Positions 13,142-25,990 of a stretch of DNA of 64,000 nucleotides are shown one piece after another; position 1 is the stretch's first letter; each line of letters opens with the position of its first letter. Origin of the DNA: Octopus vulgaris. Lineage: Eukaryota. The DNA is taken from NCBI GenBank assembly GCA_951406725.2, contig OX597832.1, forward strand, positions 59,024,001-59,088,000, in the 5' to 3' direction. A program made the translations under genes and the position numbers. The notes below the pieces were generated by a model that was given only the letters and a program-made list of their open reading frames with translations, ran no database searches and had not been told where the DNA came from.

Positions 13142-13366
13142 ACATATAGACGTTCACGTACGGATCAGTAAAACATTCTCTGCATTTGTTATTCAAAGTA
13201 TTAGAAATACCAGTTAGATTTGAAGCGAACTTTGAAAAGTCAGAAGAAACAATGAGGATATTAAGAAGTTGAAAGTAATGTTAGCAAGATTTTACAGTTC
13301 ATAGTCAGCCTCATAAAAATACATACGCATATATGTACGTATGTATATAAGTCTCTATGTATCTAT
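13142..13366 (+). repeat. Right copy of the direct duplication (15-bp deletion)
   Basis: ACATATAGACGTTC...GTCTCTATGTATCTAT; lacks CTCTAATATCACTCG. Confidence 0.95.
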
Positions 13367-13435
13367 CTACCTGTCTATCTATGTCACTATTTATCTATCT
13401 ATCTACCTACCTCTCTCTCTCTCTATCCCTCTCTT

Positions 13436-13509
<74 letters not shown>

Positions 13510-13680
13510 GTATGTATATATATGCAGTACTCCTTCAAGTTTTGCGGGTGTTAAGTTCCAACACCCCGCCCCCTTTGATATTAACCAGACAGCAGGCGTC
13601 AAAAGGACGTAATGTGTTACTTGTACTAGCATGACCTTTCCTCAGAAAGAGGTCAGGGGAGATGCCTTTATCAATCAATC

Positions 13681-13716
<36 letters not shown>

Positions 13717-13746
13717 TATCTATCTATCAATCTATCTATCTATCTA

Positions 13747-13792
<46 letters not shown>

Positions 13793-13958
13793 GTATCTAT
13801 GTACGTATGTATGTATGTTTGCATCTATCTATCTATTTATCTATTTATCTCTCTCTCTATGTATATGTATGTATAATAATAATAATAATAATAATAACAA
13901 CAACAACAACTACAATAATAATAATAATAATAATAACAACAACAACAACAACTACAAC

Positions 13959-13995
<37 letters not shown>

Positions 13996-14599
13996 GGGAG
14001 TATAACTCCCTAATATTATTGAGTTGCATAATGGGGTTTTTTCTCTAATTTATATTATATATATATATATATGGGTCTGTGTGTATATGTGTGAATTTCG
14101 AGGTTCACATACAGCGATAAACAACATCAAATATCAGCAACAAATACAAAGCAGCGCTTGTGTTGTAAACAATATCGACCGCATGAACTCAGTTTTGTAA
14201 ATATTGCTTCGAAAGACCCTCCGGGTAGAAACAGAAAAATGTTATGACCTTTTCTATCGAGAAGGATTTTCTACTCAACATTTCTATGTTGCCATTTTTA
14301 GGTTAATGTGACCCTCGAGGGCCACGGACGTATATATATATATATGGACAATATACTTAAAGAGTATATTTCGTAAGTCCATTACGTATACTTGGAGAAT
14401 TGTAGTGAACTGCAGATATATACGGTTGGATGTTACTCATATACTAAGGTGAGTTGAAAAGTCAGAGATTGCCTATGTAAAGACTAGGCAAAATTGGATA
14501 TTAAGATATTTTTAAAAAACTAGAGCCTCCTACGCTTGCACACATACGTATATCCATATAGGCACATCAATGTATGTATATACATATACATACACACAT

Positions 14600-14635
<36 letters not shown>

Positions 14636-14636
<1 letters not shown>

Positions 14637-14850
14637 GTTGATCCAAACATGAAAGCATAAAGAGAAAACACAACAATAATACGAGGACGTGGAACAAGTA
14701 TAGTATTATTGGACGCTCAGGAAAGAAGGAAAGAAGGAGGGTTTAACGTTTCGAGGGGAGCTCTTCGTTAGAAACATAGGAAAAGGAAAGATCCAAAGAA
14801 GGGAAGACAGAGGAAAAAAATCGCCAACGGTACACACGCGGTCACATTTT
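14636..14850 (-). mobile_element. PLE pLTR-like fragment (family P1) with decayed hammerhead
   Basis: Minus strand GTTT-CTaACGA-A-GAGCTCCcCTC-GAAACGTT-AAAC; homologous to 24.9 kb, 57.5 kb and 62.6 kb; flanked by (TA)n. Confidence 0.7.
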
Positions 14851-14893
14851 GAATAAATATATAAACAAATGTAAGTTTGTTTATATATATAGT

Positions 14894-14977
<84 letters not shown>

Positions 14978-15667
14978 TACATATATACACATATATGTAT
15001 GTATGTATATATATATACACACACATATATATATATATACATACGTAAATACATATATATTTATATATATATAAAGTTGTTAATAAATCGTGAGATACCC
15101 CTGTAGTTTTCCAGTAAAGCACATTCACTCGCTCAGTGTTTGTTGAGTACGTAATTAATGAGAGAGTTGGAAGATGGACGATGGAAGATACGATGGTGTG
15201 ACCCATCTACGAAGAACGAGCAAGACTGGTCGAAACGATTGTAGTGATGAATAAATATTCTCGAAGTTAATCATATATTCCGCATATTCGTATGCATTCG
15301 GACTTAGAAAGTCTATACGCTGTACATGTTGCTTCAAGAGAAATAATATGGGTGCAAACACAACACGAGGCCTTAAATGACAGCCTCAGACCGTTTTGCG
15401 GCGTTACTCTTCATCAGCTATGTGCATCGGACCAGCGTTCACGGTTGCCAACAGCTGATCGCTCTGATAGCGAATGCTACTTTTGCTGATGAGCAAAAGT
15501 TTTTGTTAAAAGGGAATAAATCAATTAGATGCGGGCTAAGCAGCATTAACTGAAATATGTAATAAACATCTTAAGTATGAGTATACATAATTATGTTCCA
15601 TTATATGCACATACATTATAAATAAATTTACACACGGGACACGTTGCCGCGCACGTTGCGCCTACGA

Positions 15668-16172
15668 CCGTAAATCCTCGAGTATAATCCGCATTTTCCC
15701 CCCAAATTTAAAGGTCAAAATCCCTAGTGCATACAATATACGAGGTTAAAAATGAAAAATATTTTCTAAGCAATATCCAAGTCTCTATTTGCTATCCGGC
15801 AATGTTTATTCAGACGCATTTTGTGATGTGGGACGCAAAAATACCTTAAGCTAAGCCTGAAAGCAATGAAGTCATTAAAGAATCGTCCATAACTTGCAGC
15901 AAGCAACATTTATTAAACGTTATTACTTTTGTTTCTTTATTTTCTGCAAACAAAATGCACAAAAAACCTACACGTTTGCATTATGTTATTTATACAATAA
16001 TAATAAAGGACGTTACCGTATACATTTTTACAAACCAAGGACGTTATATAGACCTCCTTGACTCAAGATAGAGAAGGGATGCGTATTATACACAAGGTTT
16101 AGGTTTTTCATAGTCGCCTAAAAATCCCCTGCGTATTATACGTAAGGGCGAACTATACTCGAGGATTTACGG
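15668..16172. mobile_element. Non-autonomous Tc2/pogo-like DNA transposon (MITE)
   Basis: 19-bp perfect TIRs CCGTAAATCCTCGAGTATA / TATACTCGAGGATTTACGG, TA on the right flank, no ORF. Confidence 0.88.
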
Positions 16173-16634
16173 TAATTACCCATGTTATAAATATATTGGA
16201 GAAACTGGGGTAATTGCTGGCGAAATTTTATCAATTCCGAAATTAGCAGAGTGGGATCGGATCTTAAGCAATACGGTTGTAAACTCAACTCAATAAGCAC
16301 GGAACCATGTCCGCACCATTCCTGTGTATTTTGCATAAATATAACTTTGATATATGACGATTGAAAACCCGAAAAGTTAATATTGCATGTGAATTTATTT
16401 GAAGATACGAAATGTTGTAGAGAAAAATAAAAAGTGAACGGAACTGGAATCTCATTGACTACAAACATATTGCTAATCATCCTGCATGTAAATATTCACG
16501 TTTGTACGATTCGCTGTGTTTAAATGAAATATGTATTAGATCTCACCGTTCACAAACGAATCGACTAAAAATATTCTCAGAAGTGATATGTATGCATAAA
16601 TACACACACACATGCACGCACACACACACACACA

Positions 16635-16715
<81 letters not shown>

Positions 16716-16894
16716 CTACCCACCCATACGCCATTAGTATATATATGTATGTATGTATTTATGTATATATAGAGAGAGAGAGTGGGGGAGGTAGCTAGTT
16801 AGATAGGTAGATAGATATAGGCACATATTCGGATACAGACACATATATATATACATACATACATACATACAAACACACACACACATACACACAC

Positions 16895-16950
<56 letters not shown>

Positions 16951-17742
16951 ATGTATGTGTATGTATGCATGTGTACTCACACATACTTACGTACATGCAC
17001 ATACTTGTATGCATATATTATATATGCAAACACATGTATATATTTATGTATACGTGTATATATATACTGTATATACATATACACATATACAGAGAGAGAG
17101 AGATAGAAAGAAAGAGAGATAGAGAGAGTGTGTGTGTGACTGCTAAAGAGATGAACCTAGAATAATTTTGCTTGGTTCAGGATGGTTCCAATTGCCAAGA
17201 ATCTGGAAATCTCGATATAGTCGAATGAACCAGCTCCAGAGACACACAGATAATTCTTGTATTTCCTTGAAACTTAACATTAAAAAAAAAACAAATAATA
17301 ATAATAATGAATACCAAATTAACCCCGGAACTTTTCAAGCTGTTTCTTATCCTATAATTACAGCAAGATATAAAGTCTGGCGTTTTGGCGTTTCTAATGT
17401 CTAAAATAGTATTGACGCTCACCAGGAACGCTGCTATTTCATGATGTCATTCTAAGATTAGTAACTAATAGGAATTCTGATATTCTGGATCAAATTTAAG
17501 TACATGTTTCTTCATTTCTCATCAATTACAATTCATTTCAAGAAGTTGGAACATTCTTCAATGATTATACTTTCAGTGTTACATTAAGCAGCATTTTATC
17601 TTCAAGCGGCTCCAATTATTTGAACAAAGCAACCATTACATCAATTTAAATGCATGTAATGATTGCATTGTTCAGTTAAATGGTGTTGCTTGAAACGGTC
17701 GTCCTGCATCACCTCCGGATATCCTGTTGCTTATTTTATATA

Positions 17743-17800
<58 letters not shown>

Positions 17801-17877
17801 TTATTTGAGGGAATATAAATCCAAACTTACAGGGAAAAAGTTCAATTTAGAAATACTAAATCAAATTTCATGCAATA

Positions 17878-17922
<45 letters not shown>

Positions 17923-17924
17923 CA

Positions 17925-18090
17925 CAACTGGCTTTTCTCAGTTTCCGTCCATCAAATACACTCTCGAGGATTAGATCGACTTTAGACTCCAGTAGAAATC
18001 ACTTGCCTAATGTGCCACGCAGTGAGACTGAACCCGGAACCATGTGGTTAGGAAGCAAGTGTTTTACCTCACAGTTATGCCAGTGCTTAT
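17925..18090 (-). mobile_element. SINE family A 5' part
   Basis: CAGTTTCCGTC...CACTTGCCTAATGTGCCACGCAGTGAGACTGAACCCGGAACCATGTGG. Confidence 0.8.
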
Positions 18091-18124
18091 GAGACATTCA
18101 ATTATCATTAATTATTAACTAAAA

Positions 18125-18320
18125 TGTCGGCGAGCTAGCAGAAACGTTTAGCGGTATTTCGTCAGACCTTAGTTCTGAGTTCAAATTCCCAAGAGGTCGA
18201 CTTTGCCTGTCATCCTTTCGGGGTCGATGAATTAAGTACCTGTTGCATACGTGGGTCGATTAAATCGACTGGTCCCCTCCCACCAAAATTTCTGGCTTTA
18301 TGCCTAGAATAGAAATGATC
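18125..18320 (+). mobile_element. SINE family B
   Basis: CGGCGAGCTAGCAGAAACG...GAGTTCAAATTCC...CATCCTTTCGGGGTCGATGAATTAAGTACC. Confidence 0.85.
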
Positions 18321-19292
18321 ATTAATTAAACTCCTAACATGACCTACATCCCTTCACGTTCAATTAAACTCTTATTCTTCTTTAGATGCTTTCATTTATC
18401 ACTTGGTCACTGTTTAAAGCACCTGAATCCTATTGTTCTTTCTGTGACTTATGTACTTTTATAAGTAGGTTCTCCTAACGTAATTTGTATAATTATTTTT
18501 GTTACTATTGTCGTTAAATTGTGCTTTCTATAGCTCCAACGACATGACATACTTGACAAAAATAGAAAGCAATCAAACACACTCCGCTAACGTGAAAATT
18601 CACAGTGAACATGGAAAAAATAATGCAAAATTAGTTTTTGTAATTAAAACTTAGTAGGTTACATCTAGTCTTCTTTTCACAATGATCAAAGTGCATGTCC
18701 CTTTTGTCATTACAGAATAATCGAAATTGGGCCTTTTCATTATTTCACTCACGCTTCTTTTAGACAATTAATTCCATTTATTTTCAACCTAAATTAGCTA
18801 TTTGTTCGTTGTTCAGTTTCGTTACTACATAAAATCTCGTTTCGTTTCTAATTTGACGTATTAGAAGCTGACGACAACAACCATCGATGCCTGCATCGAC
18901 TCTAAAGCGAAACAAGCTGAAAGGCTACAAATTTGCTCCCTGTAAGCTCTTCATTATCAATGCCTTTTGTCTGTTTGTCCATGGACATAATCGGTTTATT
19001 CCACGGCGGAATTGTTTTGAACATGTCACGAGATATGCGCCATGAATACTGCAATTAGAGACCAGTTGAACTCGTTTCTGGTTGCTAAGCCTTAATGAGA
19101 TTTTAAAGATTTCGCTATTAAAAAATGATCGATATGGATTATAAGAAATACGAATTCCATAAAATTTGATGAGGAGAAGTACTTGGTGCATAACCGAATG
19201 TACTGACATTAACCTGGAATTTGAGGCAATAAAAAGGCAACGCGTAGGCGGGAAATATAGTAAATTCAATAATATATACACATATCCATAAT

Positions 19293-19332
<40 letters not shown>

Positions 19333-19554
19333 GCATTCATTATAATAGGGCAATATAGAAGTAAGTCACTTGCATACAAGAAATTCATAAGAACACACAA
19401 TAGGCTACGGTCTGCAGGCAATACACCAACAGCTATAAAAAGGCATTCTGGTGCAGCAAAGTGCTTCACTCTTCTAGAAATATCTGTGTACTGCAGCAAT
19501 GAATACTTGCGTACAAGGAGTGCACATGCAGCATTCCAACATTCACACATTTAT

Positions 19555-19720
19555 AGGCACAGGCATGGTTGTGTAGTTATGTAGCTAGTTTTACAACCGC
19601 ATGGTTTCGGGTTCAGTACCGTTGTGCAGCGTCATAGACAAATGCCTTCTATAGCTGTGGGGCGAACAATGCTTCATGAGTGAATCCCATAGGAAACTGT
19701 GTAGAAACCTTGTCGTATAT
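19555..19720 (+). mobile_element. SINE family A 5' part (old)
   Basis: AGGCACAGGCATGGTTGTGTAGTTA...CATGGTTTCGGGTTCAGTACC. Confidence 0.7.
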
Positions 19721-20995
19721 TTGAGCAGGCGTTTATGTGTTATTGTTCTTGCATGTGTTATTACGGCCATGTGCTATTGTTCTTGCGTGAGTGTATTTCT
19801 CTTGCATTGATATGAGGAAGTTACACGAAATGTAAACATCTCCGTTACAATCATAACGAATCGGGCGCTTGCAGCTGCTTTGTACGTGACAAAATCATTT
19901 GACCCTCTACGCTCCTTTCTTTTGGTGTGAACCGCCATCTAAAGTAAGGTATGTAGTTATTGGTAGACAAAGATAACAGTAACATATGTGTCAACCTATT
20001 TCCTATGAATGGATTTCAACCACACATGTCTTATCAGATACGCGACAGTTATATTTAAATTTTAACAGAAAGATAGCGGCAATACCCTTAATACGTATCA
20101 TCCTTTACCATTATACACCTGTCATTGAAGGGATTAACTCAGGTGGAAATCTAATACATTCGTTATCTCTTGTCGGCATGCATCGTTACCATTTTAAGCC
20201 TCGCTACCAATATAAACTAAGTCATTCTTTGTTCCTTGTTGAATATTTCGTAATCGTGTCACAGGATTATAGTATGTCACGTGTTAAACATAACGGGGAT
20301 GATTTATTAAAGTTATTGACCAAAGAGTATCGGATGATATTCTAATAAGAACTAAGGATGATATACATCAGGATTAAGGCTCTGCAAATATTCACAGCTT
20401 ATTAGTAATCTTGAAATATTTACCAACATATTATTTGATGTTACATTCAATATAAGGTTTGATTCTAAACAGGCAAATATAAGTATATGCATTAGCTTAT
20501 AAGCAGAATATCTCAAAGTACTTAGTAAATACAATTCTTAAATGTAGAACTAGCGATTTTTTATATTTCTTCCTTGTTGTTCCTTTTTTTTTTGCTTTAT
20601 TCTCTATTCTTTAAACAATGAAAAGAATTAGGACATTTCTGCTATTGTGTTTAATGACTAATTTGAAGAATGGATAATGGAATTGTCAGAAAACCTAATG
20701 TTGACATGAATAGGGGTCAGTTGAAACGGAACAAAGGAACACTGGTGGAATAAATACAAAGAAGATAATTAAGGAAATCAATAAAACAATTCTTCTCAGA
20801 TTCTCAAATGAAGAAGAAACTCTGGAACTAAAAGAACGAGATTCTAAATAACAGAAACCAACATATTAATGCGTGGTGAGGGATTTAAATGTAAAAATAT
20901 GTAAATTCATGCTAGCCACAAGAATACATTTATCCAATGCACTTGGTTTCGTAAATGCATCTCCTTACTTATGTATGTATGCATGGCACGTTCAC

Positions 20996-21068
<73 letters not shown>

Positions 21069-21076
21069 GTATATAT

Positions 21077-21167
<91 letters not shown>

Positions 21168-21169
<2 letters not shown>

Positions 21170-21398
21170 TCTTTTACTCTTTTATTCTTTTACTTGTTTC
21201 AGTCATTTGACTGCGGCCATGCTGGAGCACCGCCTTTAATCGAGCAACTCGACCCCGGGACTTATTCTTTTGTAAGCCCAGTACTTATTCTATCGGTCTC
21301 TTTTGCCGAACCGCTAAGTAACGGGGACATGAACACACCAGCATCGGTTGTCAAGCAATGCTAGGGGGACAAACACAGACACACAAACACACACACGC

Positions 21399-21449
<51 letters not shown>

Positions 21450-21598
21450 TACGACGGACTTCTTTCAGTTTCCGTCTGCCAAATCCACCCACGAGGCTAT
21501 AGTAGAAGACACTTGCCCAAGGTGTCACGCAGTGGGACTGAACCCGGAACCATGTGTTTGGTAAACAAGCTACTTACCACACAGCCACTCCTGCGCCT
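21168..21598 (-). mobile_element. SINE family A, full length, internal (CA)/(TA)n
   Basis: Head (reverse complement) AGGCGCAGGAGTGGCTGTGTGGTAAG..GGTTCAGTCCC; tail (GAGTAAAA)n. Confidence 0.92.
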
Positions 21599-21653
21599 AT
21601 ATATATATATATGACAAACTTATTCCAACTAAACTAAATTGTGAATATATATA

Positions 21654-21908
21654 TTATTTAAAAGAGCAGAAATTTAACAAAAGCTCTTACTCGGAGTTTC
21701 AGGTTCCCGTTCGTCGGACAGTTTTGTTAAAATTGGAGCAATTTCTAGCCAAAATTATTGGATTGGTGCATAATTATTGCGGCTTTGTTTTCAACGAATT
21801 TTAATAAACAAAAAAAATAACATGTATTGCAAAAACGTCTTAAAATGAGAATGGGACCGTGAAACTCCGAGTAACAGCTTTTGTTAAATTTCTGGTGCTT
21901 TTAAATAA
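21654..21908. mobile_element. Inverted pair of hammerhead-like pLTR fragments around a mariner TIR fragment
   Basis: 21654-21730 (-) and 21849-21908 (+) are reverse complements sharing GAAACTCCGAGTA..GCTTTTGTTAAATTTCTG. TATTGGATTGGTGCATAATTATTGCGG at ~21756 resembles a mariner TIR. Confidence 0.65.
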
Positions 21909-21909
21909 A

Positions 21910-21943
<34 letters not shown>

Positions 21944-22311
21944 ATGATAAAATAGGGTAATAATAAATTATTACCAGTGGCCTAGCACAAAAAACGAATT
22001 CGTCATTAGACTATATATTATTCATATAGAAATACAATAAGAGGCTTCCAAATAGGAAAGCGTTGTGATAGAACACAAAAACAAAGGATAAATTCATGAA
22101 AGGAATGAAAATTAAAAACATTTACCATCTCAATTATTTCCCAGAGAAAAAGAGACGAAACTATGTGGTTCCTTAGCTAGTTTCTTAATTGCACAGCTGC
22201 GGCACATGATACATATATATGAACCTATACGTGTGTGAGTGTGTACGCATCCATGTCTCTCACTCTCTCTCTCTCTCACAAACACACACTCTCTTTCTCT
22301 CGATATATATA

Positions 22312-22356
<45 letters not shown>

Positions 22357-22714
22357 ATATTTGTGCATCTGTGTATTTATTTATATATGCATATATGTAT
22401 TTATATATGATATATATGTATATATATGTATGGATGTATCTGTACATACAAATACGCATTACACACAGACGGACAGACAGACAGATAAAAGACTCACACA
22501 CACTCACATATATATATAATAGGATATAAAACAACATAGACGCAAAAACATATGAATTCTTGAAAACGAGACTGTGAAGTAGCAGAAACATCGAATACGA
22601 ATCTCGAAATGTTATTGTTCTAAAGTAACTGAGGAAAGAAGAAGGATATACGAGTAAAAAAGATAAAACTTGAACACTATCGCCATTTTAATGAAACATT
22701 GCAAAAACGCCATT

Positions 22715-22789
<75 letters not shown>

Positions 22790-23478
22790 CGTGTGTGTGT
22801 GTTCATGTATATTCTACTGTTCTTTGATTGGTAGGATAAAAAAAATATAGTATTCGATCAAGCGTGAAATAAATATTATTTAAAATAAGCAGAATGAAAT
22901 TTTGAGCTACTATATGTTTCAGGCTCTGATACTATAAGAGCTGGGCGAACTTGCATTATGTGCCGTGTAGTATTATACATTCTTTCAGCCTCAGAATAAA
23001 ACATGGCTGCTCTCAGAGAAAGAACGAGAAAGAATGAGAGAAAACAGTAAATAACAAACGAAACATGATGGTGATAAGTGCTGTGAATATATTTATATAT
23101 GTGCTTGTATCTGTGAACGAAAATATACATACAGACATATATATGTCTGTATATATATATATATATATATATTATGACAAAATATTTGTTTATCAAATAA
23201 TTGCAATCAACCGTCAACCATTTCTTAAGTAATGGCGTGTCTCCTACAGGTGAGCTGCTGCACAGGCAAATGGAATTCTCGTGTAGATTAATGGAAAACG
23301 CTGACATTTCAATCCACACACGTTGACGGTTATCATGCATCTGATTATCGAATATATGACGTTACATTCCTTCTTTCACGAAAGATATGTTCGTTGAATT
23401 GGTCTTTCCATTTATCGCTGTGAGCGAATCAATATATATACGTAAATATATATATGTGTGTGTGTGTGTGAGTGTATA

Positions 23479-23509
<31 letters not shown>

Positions 23510-23714
23510 GTATAAATTCTGGGTGTTGTGTTTAATGCTTGGTGACATATACATATTTACTAAAAAATGTTCTCATCTTTCTCTTTTCGGTCTCATCTAA
23601 ATTTCTTTACTAATTTTATTTTTAAATTTCGCTCTCTCACCGTCTGTATCTCATTAATGTATTCTTATCCACTCAACCCCCCTCTCTCTTTGTATATATA
23701 TATATATATATATA

Positions 23715-23972
23715 CTGTTGTGTCTGGTGACAGTAATTTTCTTTTCGTGCCTTATAATTTAACACACTCACCAGTAAAATTTCCACTTATTTCTTATTTT
23801 TATTTTCCTAAAATCTTTGTTGCGTCTTGCAACCTTTTCAATAGGAAATTTTACCGGTTAGTGTGTTACATTATAAGGCACATAAAAGAAAAGTACTCTC
23901 TCCAGACACAACAGAATATGCTTCAACACACGAACTCATATAAAGAATCTTGCAAACCAATTCCAAAACCAA
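23715..23972. mobile_element. Palindromic (foldback) repeat in (TA)n, copy 1
   Basis: Arms CTGTTGTGTCTGG..GTGCCTTATAATTTAACACACT / AGTGTGTTACATTATAAGGCAC..CCAGACACAACAG; same family as 46471-46780. Confidence 0.8.
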
Positions 23973-24050
23973 TATATGTATATATATATGTGTGTGTGTA
24001 TATATATATATATATATAATATATAAGGGAATAACATGCATTCCAGGTTA

Positions 24051-24090
<40 letters not shown>

Positions 24091-24879
24091 ACATCGACCT
24101 TCACACACCCATTTTCACACACGCCAATTCACATGTACTTGCGCGTACATCAACGTTCGTACACTTTCAGGCACATTCTTTGCACACACAAACACACATA
24201 CACACATTCTCTTTCTCCCCCCCTCCCCCCCTCTCTCTCTCTCTCTTTCTCTCTCCCTCACACACAGATACGCGTACACACACTCACTCTCACACACATA
24301 CTCACACACGCTCTCTTTCAAACGCACATATGCATACATACATTTCTATTATTCCATTTTGTAACCCTGGTTAGAAAATCAATGGAGACTTTTTTTCAAT
24401 TTAACAAATCTATTTATTTAGGAAATTGAAACTTCAAAATTTGAAGAGTTTAAAAATGAATTTTTAATAAAGCCACTGAATTTAGAGCAATCTTTGTATG
24501 GCGACTGAACACCAATCTGTCATTGGGGCCAGCTGCCTAGGAATATTTGCATATCTTCTATCAAGTGTGTAGAATCAGTTCTCTTGAAGAGAATATTGTT
24601 TCATAGAATAGAATTATGACACGCAATGAGTGAACACAACCACTTGGCATATCACACACATGCAGATCTGTGATACCACTTAAAACCATAATTCTGCTAG
24701 CAAAGTGCAATAGAGCAGCGGTAGCGAAATTGAAAAATAACAGCTCCTTGCGATGACAGAGATGGAAGTGCTTATGAAAGTATGGCAAATACGGAAGAAG
24801 GAAAAAGGCTATGCATGAATATATGTGTGTGTGCGTGTGTTTGTGTGTGTGTATGTGTGTGTGTGTGCGTGTGTGTATC

Positions 24880-25100
24880 CTTAGTTAATCCCCCACCTCA
24901 AAAAAATGAAAGAAAACAATACAACAAGAAAAATAAACAACAATGCGAGGACGTCGTACATGCAAAGTATTAAAAAGCGCTCAGGGAAGGAAAGACAAGT
25001 TCTTTTACCTTTCGAGCAAAGCTCTTCTTCAGAAACAGGAGACAGAGGAAGGTCCAAGAAAACGGAAGAGAGAGGGAAAAATCGACAACAATCCACATGT
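24880..25100 (-). mobile_element. PLE pLTR-like fragment (family P1) with hammerhead core
   Basis: Minus strand TTT-CTGAAGA-A-GAGC-TTT-GCTC-GAAAgGTA-AAA at 25004-25045. Confidence 0.72.
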
Positions 25101-25208
25101 AGATACAATATATATATCTGTAAAATAATATGACAATTTACAGATAAATTTCCTCTATTTACATAATATTGAGGTCTCTTTCTTTCTTTTGTTATCTTAC
25201 CGTTTTTA

Positions 25209-25246
<38 letters not shown>

Positions 25247-25540
25247 GTGAATAAACTGTCGTCTAAATAACACTGACATCGCATTTTAACAAATATTTTT
25301 ACCAAAATTACTTCGAAATTACTCCCTATGACACAGGGTAGGGAGTGAAATAAAGATAGGCATACACACACATAAACTCTCACACACACATATATGTATG
25401 TGTGTGTGTGTGTATATGTATAAACATACATAATACAAAAATACAAATGCATCGATCTGTGTGCGTCCATCGTTCATCCATCCAATATCCATCCATCGAT
25501 CTATATGTACATACATACAAACATATTTTGTCCGCATCTC

Positions 25541-25865
25541 GCCCTCGGGTATATGGCGTAGTGGTTAAGAGCGCGGGATACTAACCCCAAGATTCCGAGT
25601 TCGATTCCAAGCAGTAACCTGAACAATAGCAACAGCAACAATAACAACAACAACAATAATAATAATAATAATAATAATAATGATGATGATGATGATGATA
25701 ACAATAACATCGAAAAATACCTTAGGAATAAGAACCCAGGTTCGAAATTTCCCCAAGACATCTGAAGAAGGCTGGAGGGTATATCAGCCGAAACGTGTTA
25801 GCAACAAACAAGATGAGGACAAATATCCGTCGAATGTAAGTAATGTAAATAATATAAATATTCTC
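25541..25865 (+). mobile_element. SINE family E: tRNA head + (AAT)n + hammerhead-containing tail
   Basis: A box TGGCGTAGTGG, B box GAGTTCGATTCC; CTGAAGA-A-GGCTG..CAGCC-GAAACGT at 25762-25796. Confidence 0.85.
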
Positions 25866-25990
25866 AATATGTCATTCGTACATGGTGAGATTTCCTGACC
25901 TGTGGTGGTGGCGATAGTGGAATAGGTGTTCAATTTTATGAGCGATTGAACGAAATAGTCTTTTCGCGATCGTTTCATATGCAAGAAATA

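Noticed and set aside
18868-18915. CTGACGA...GAAAC motif
   Set aside because: No convincing stems adjoin the core.
25551-25622. tRNA gene
   Set aside because: A/B boxes are present, but the acceptor and T stems do not close and it is fused to a repeat body; it is a SINE head. The same holds for the other tRNA-like heads.
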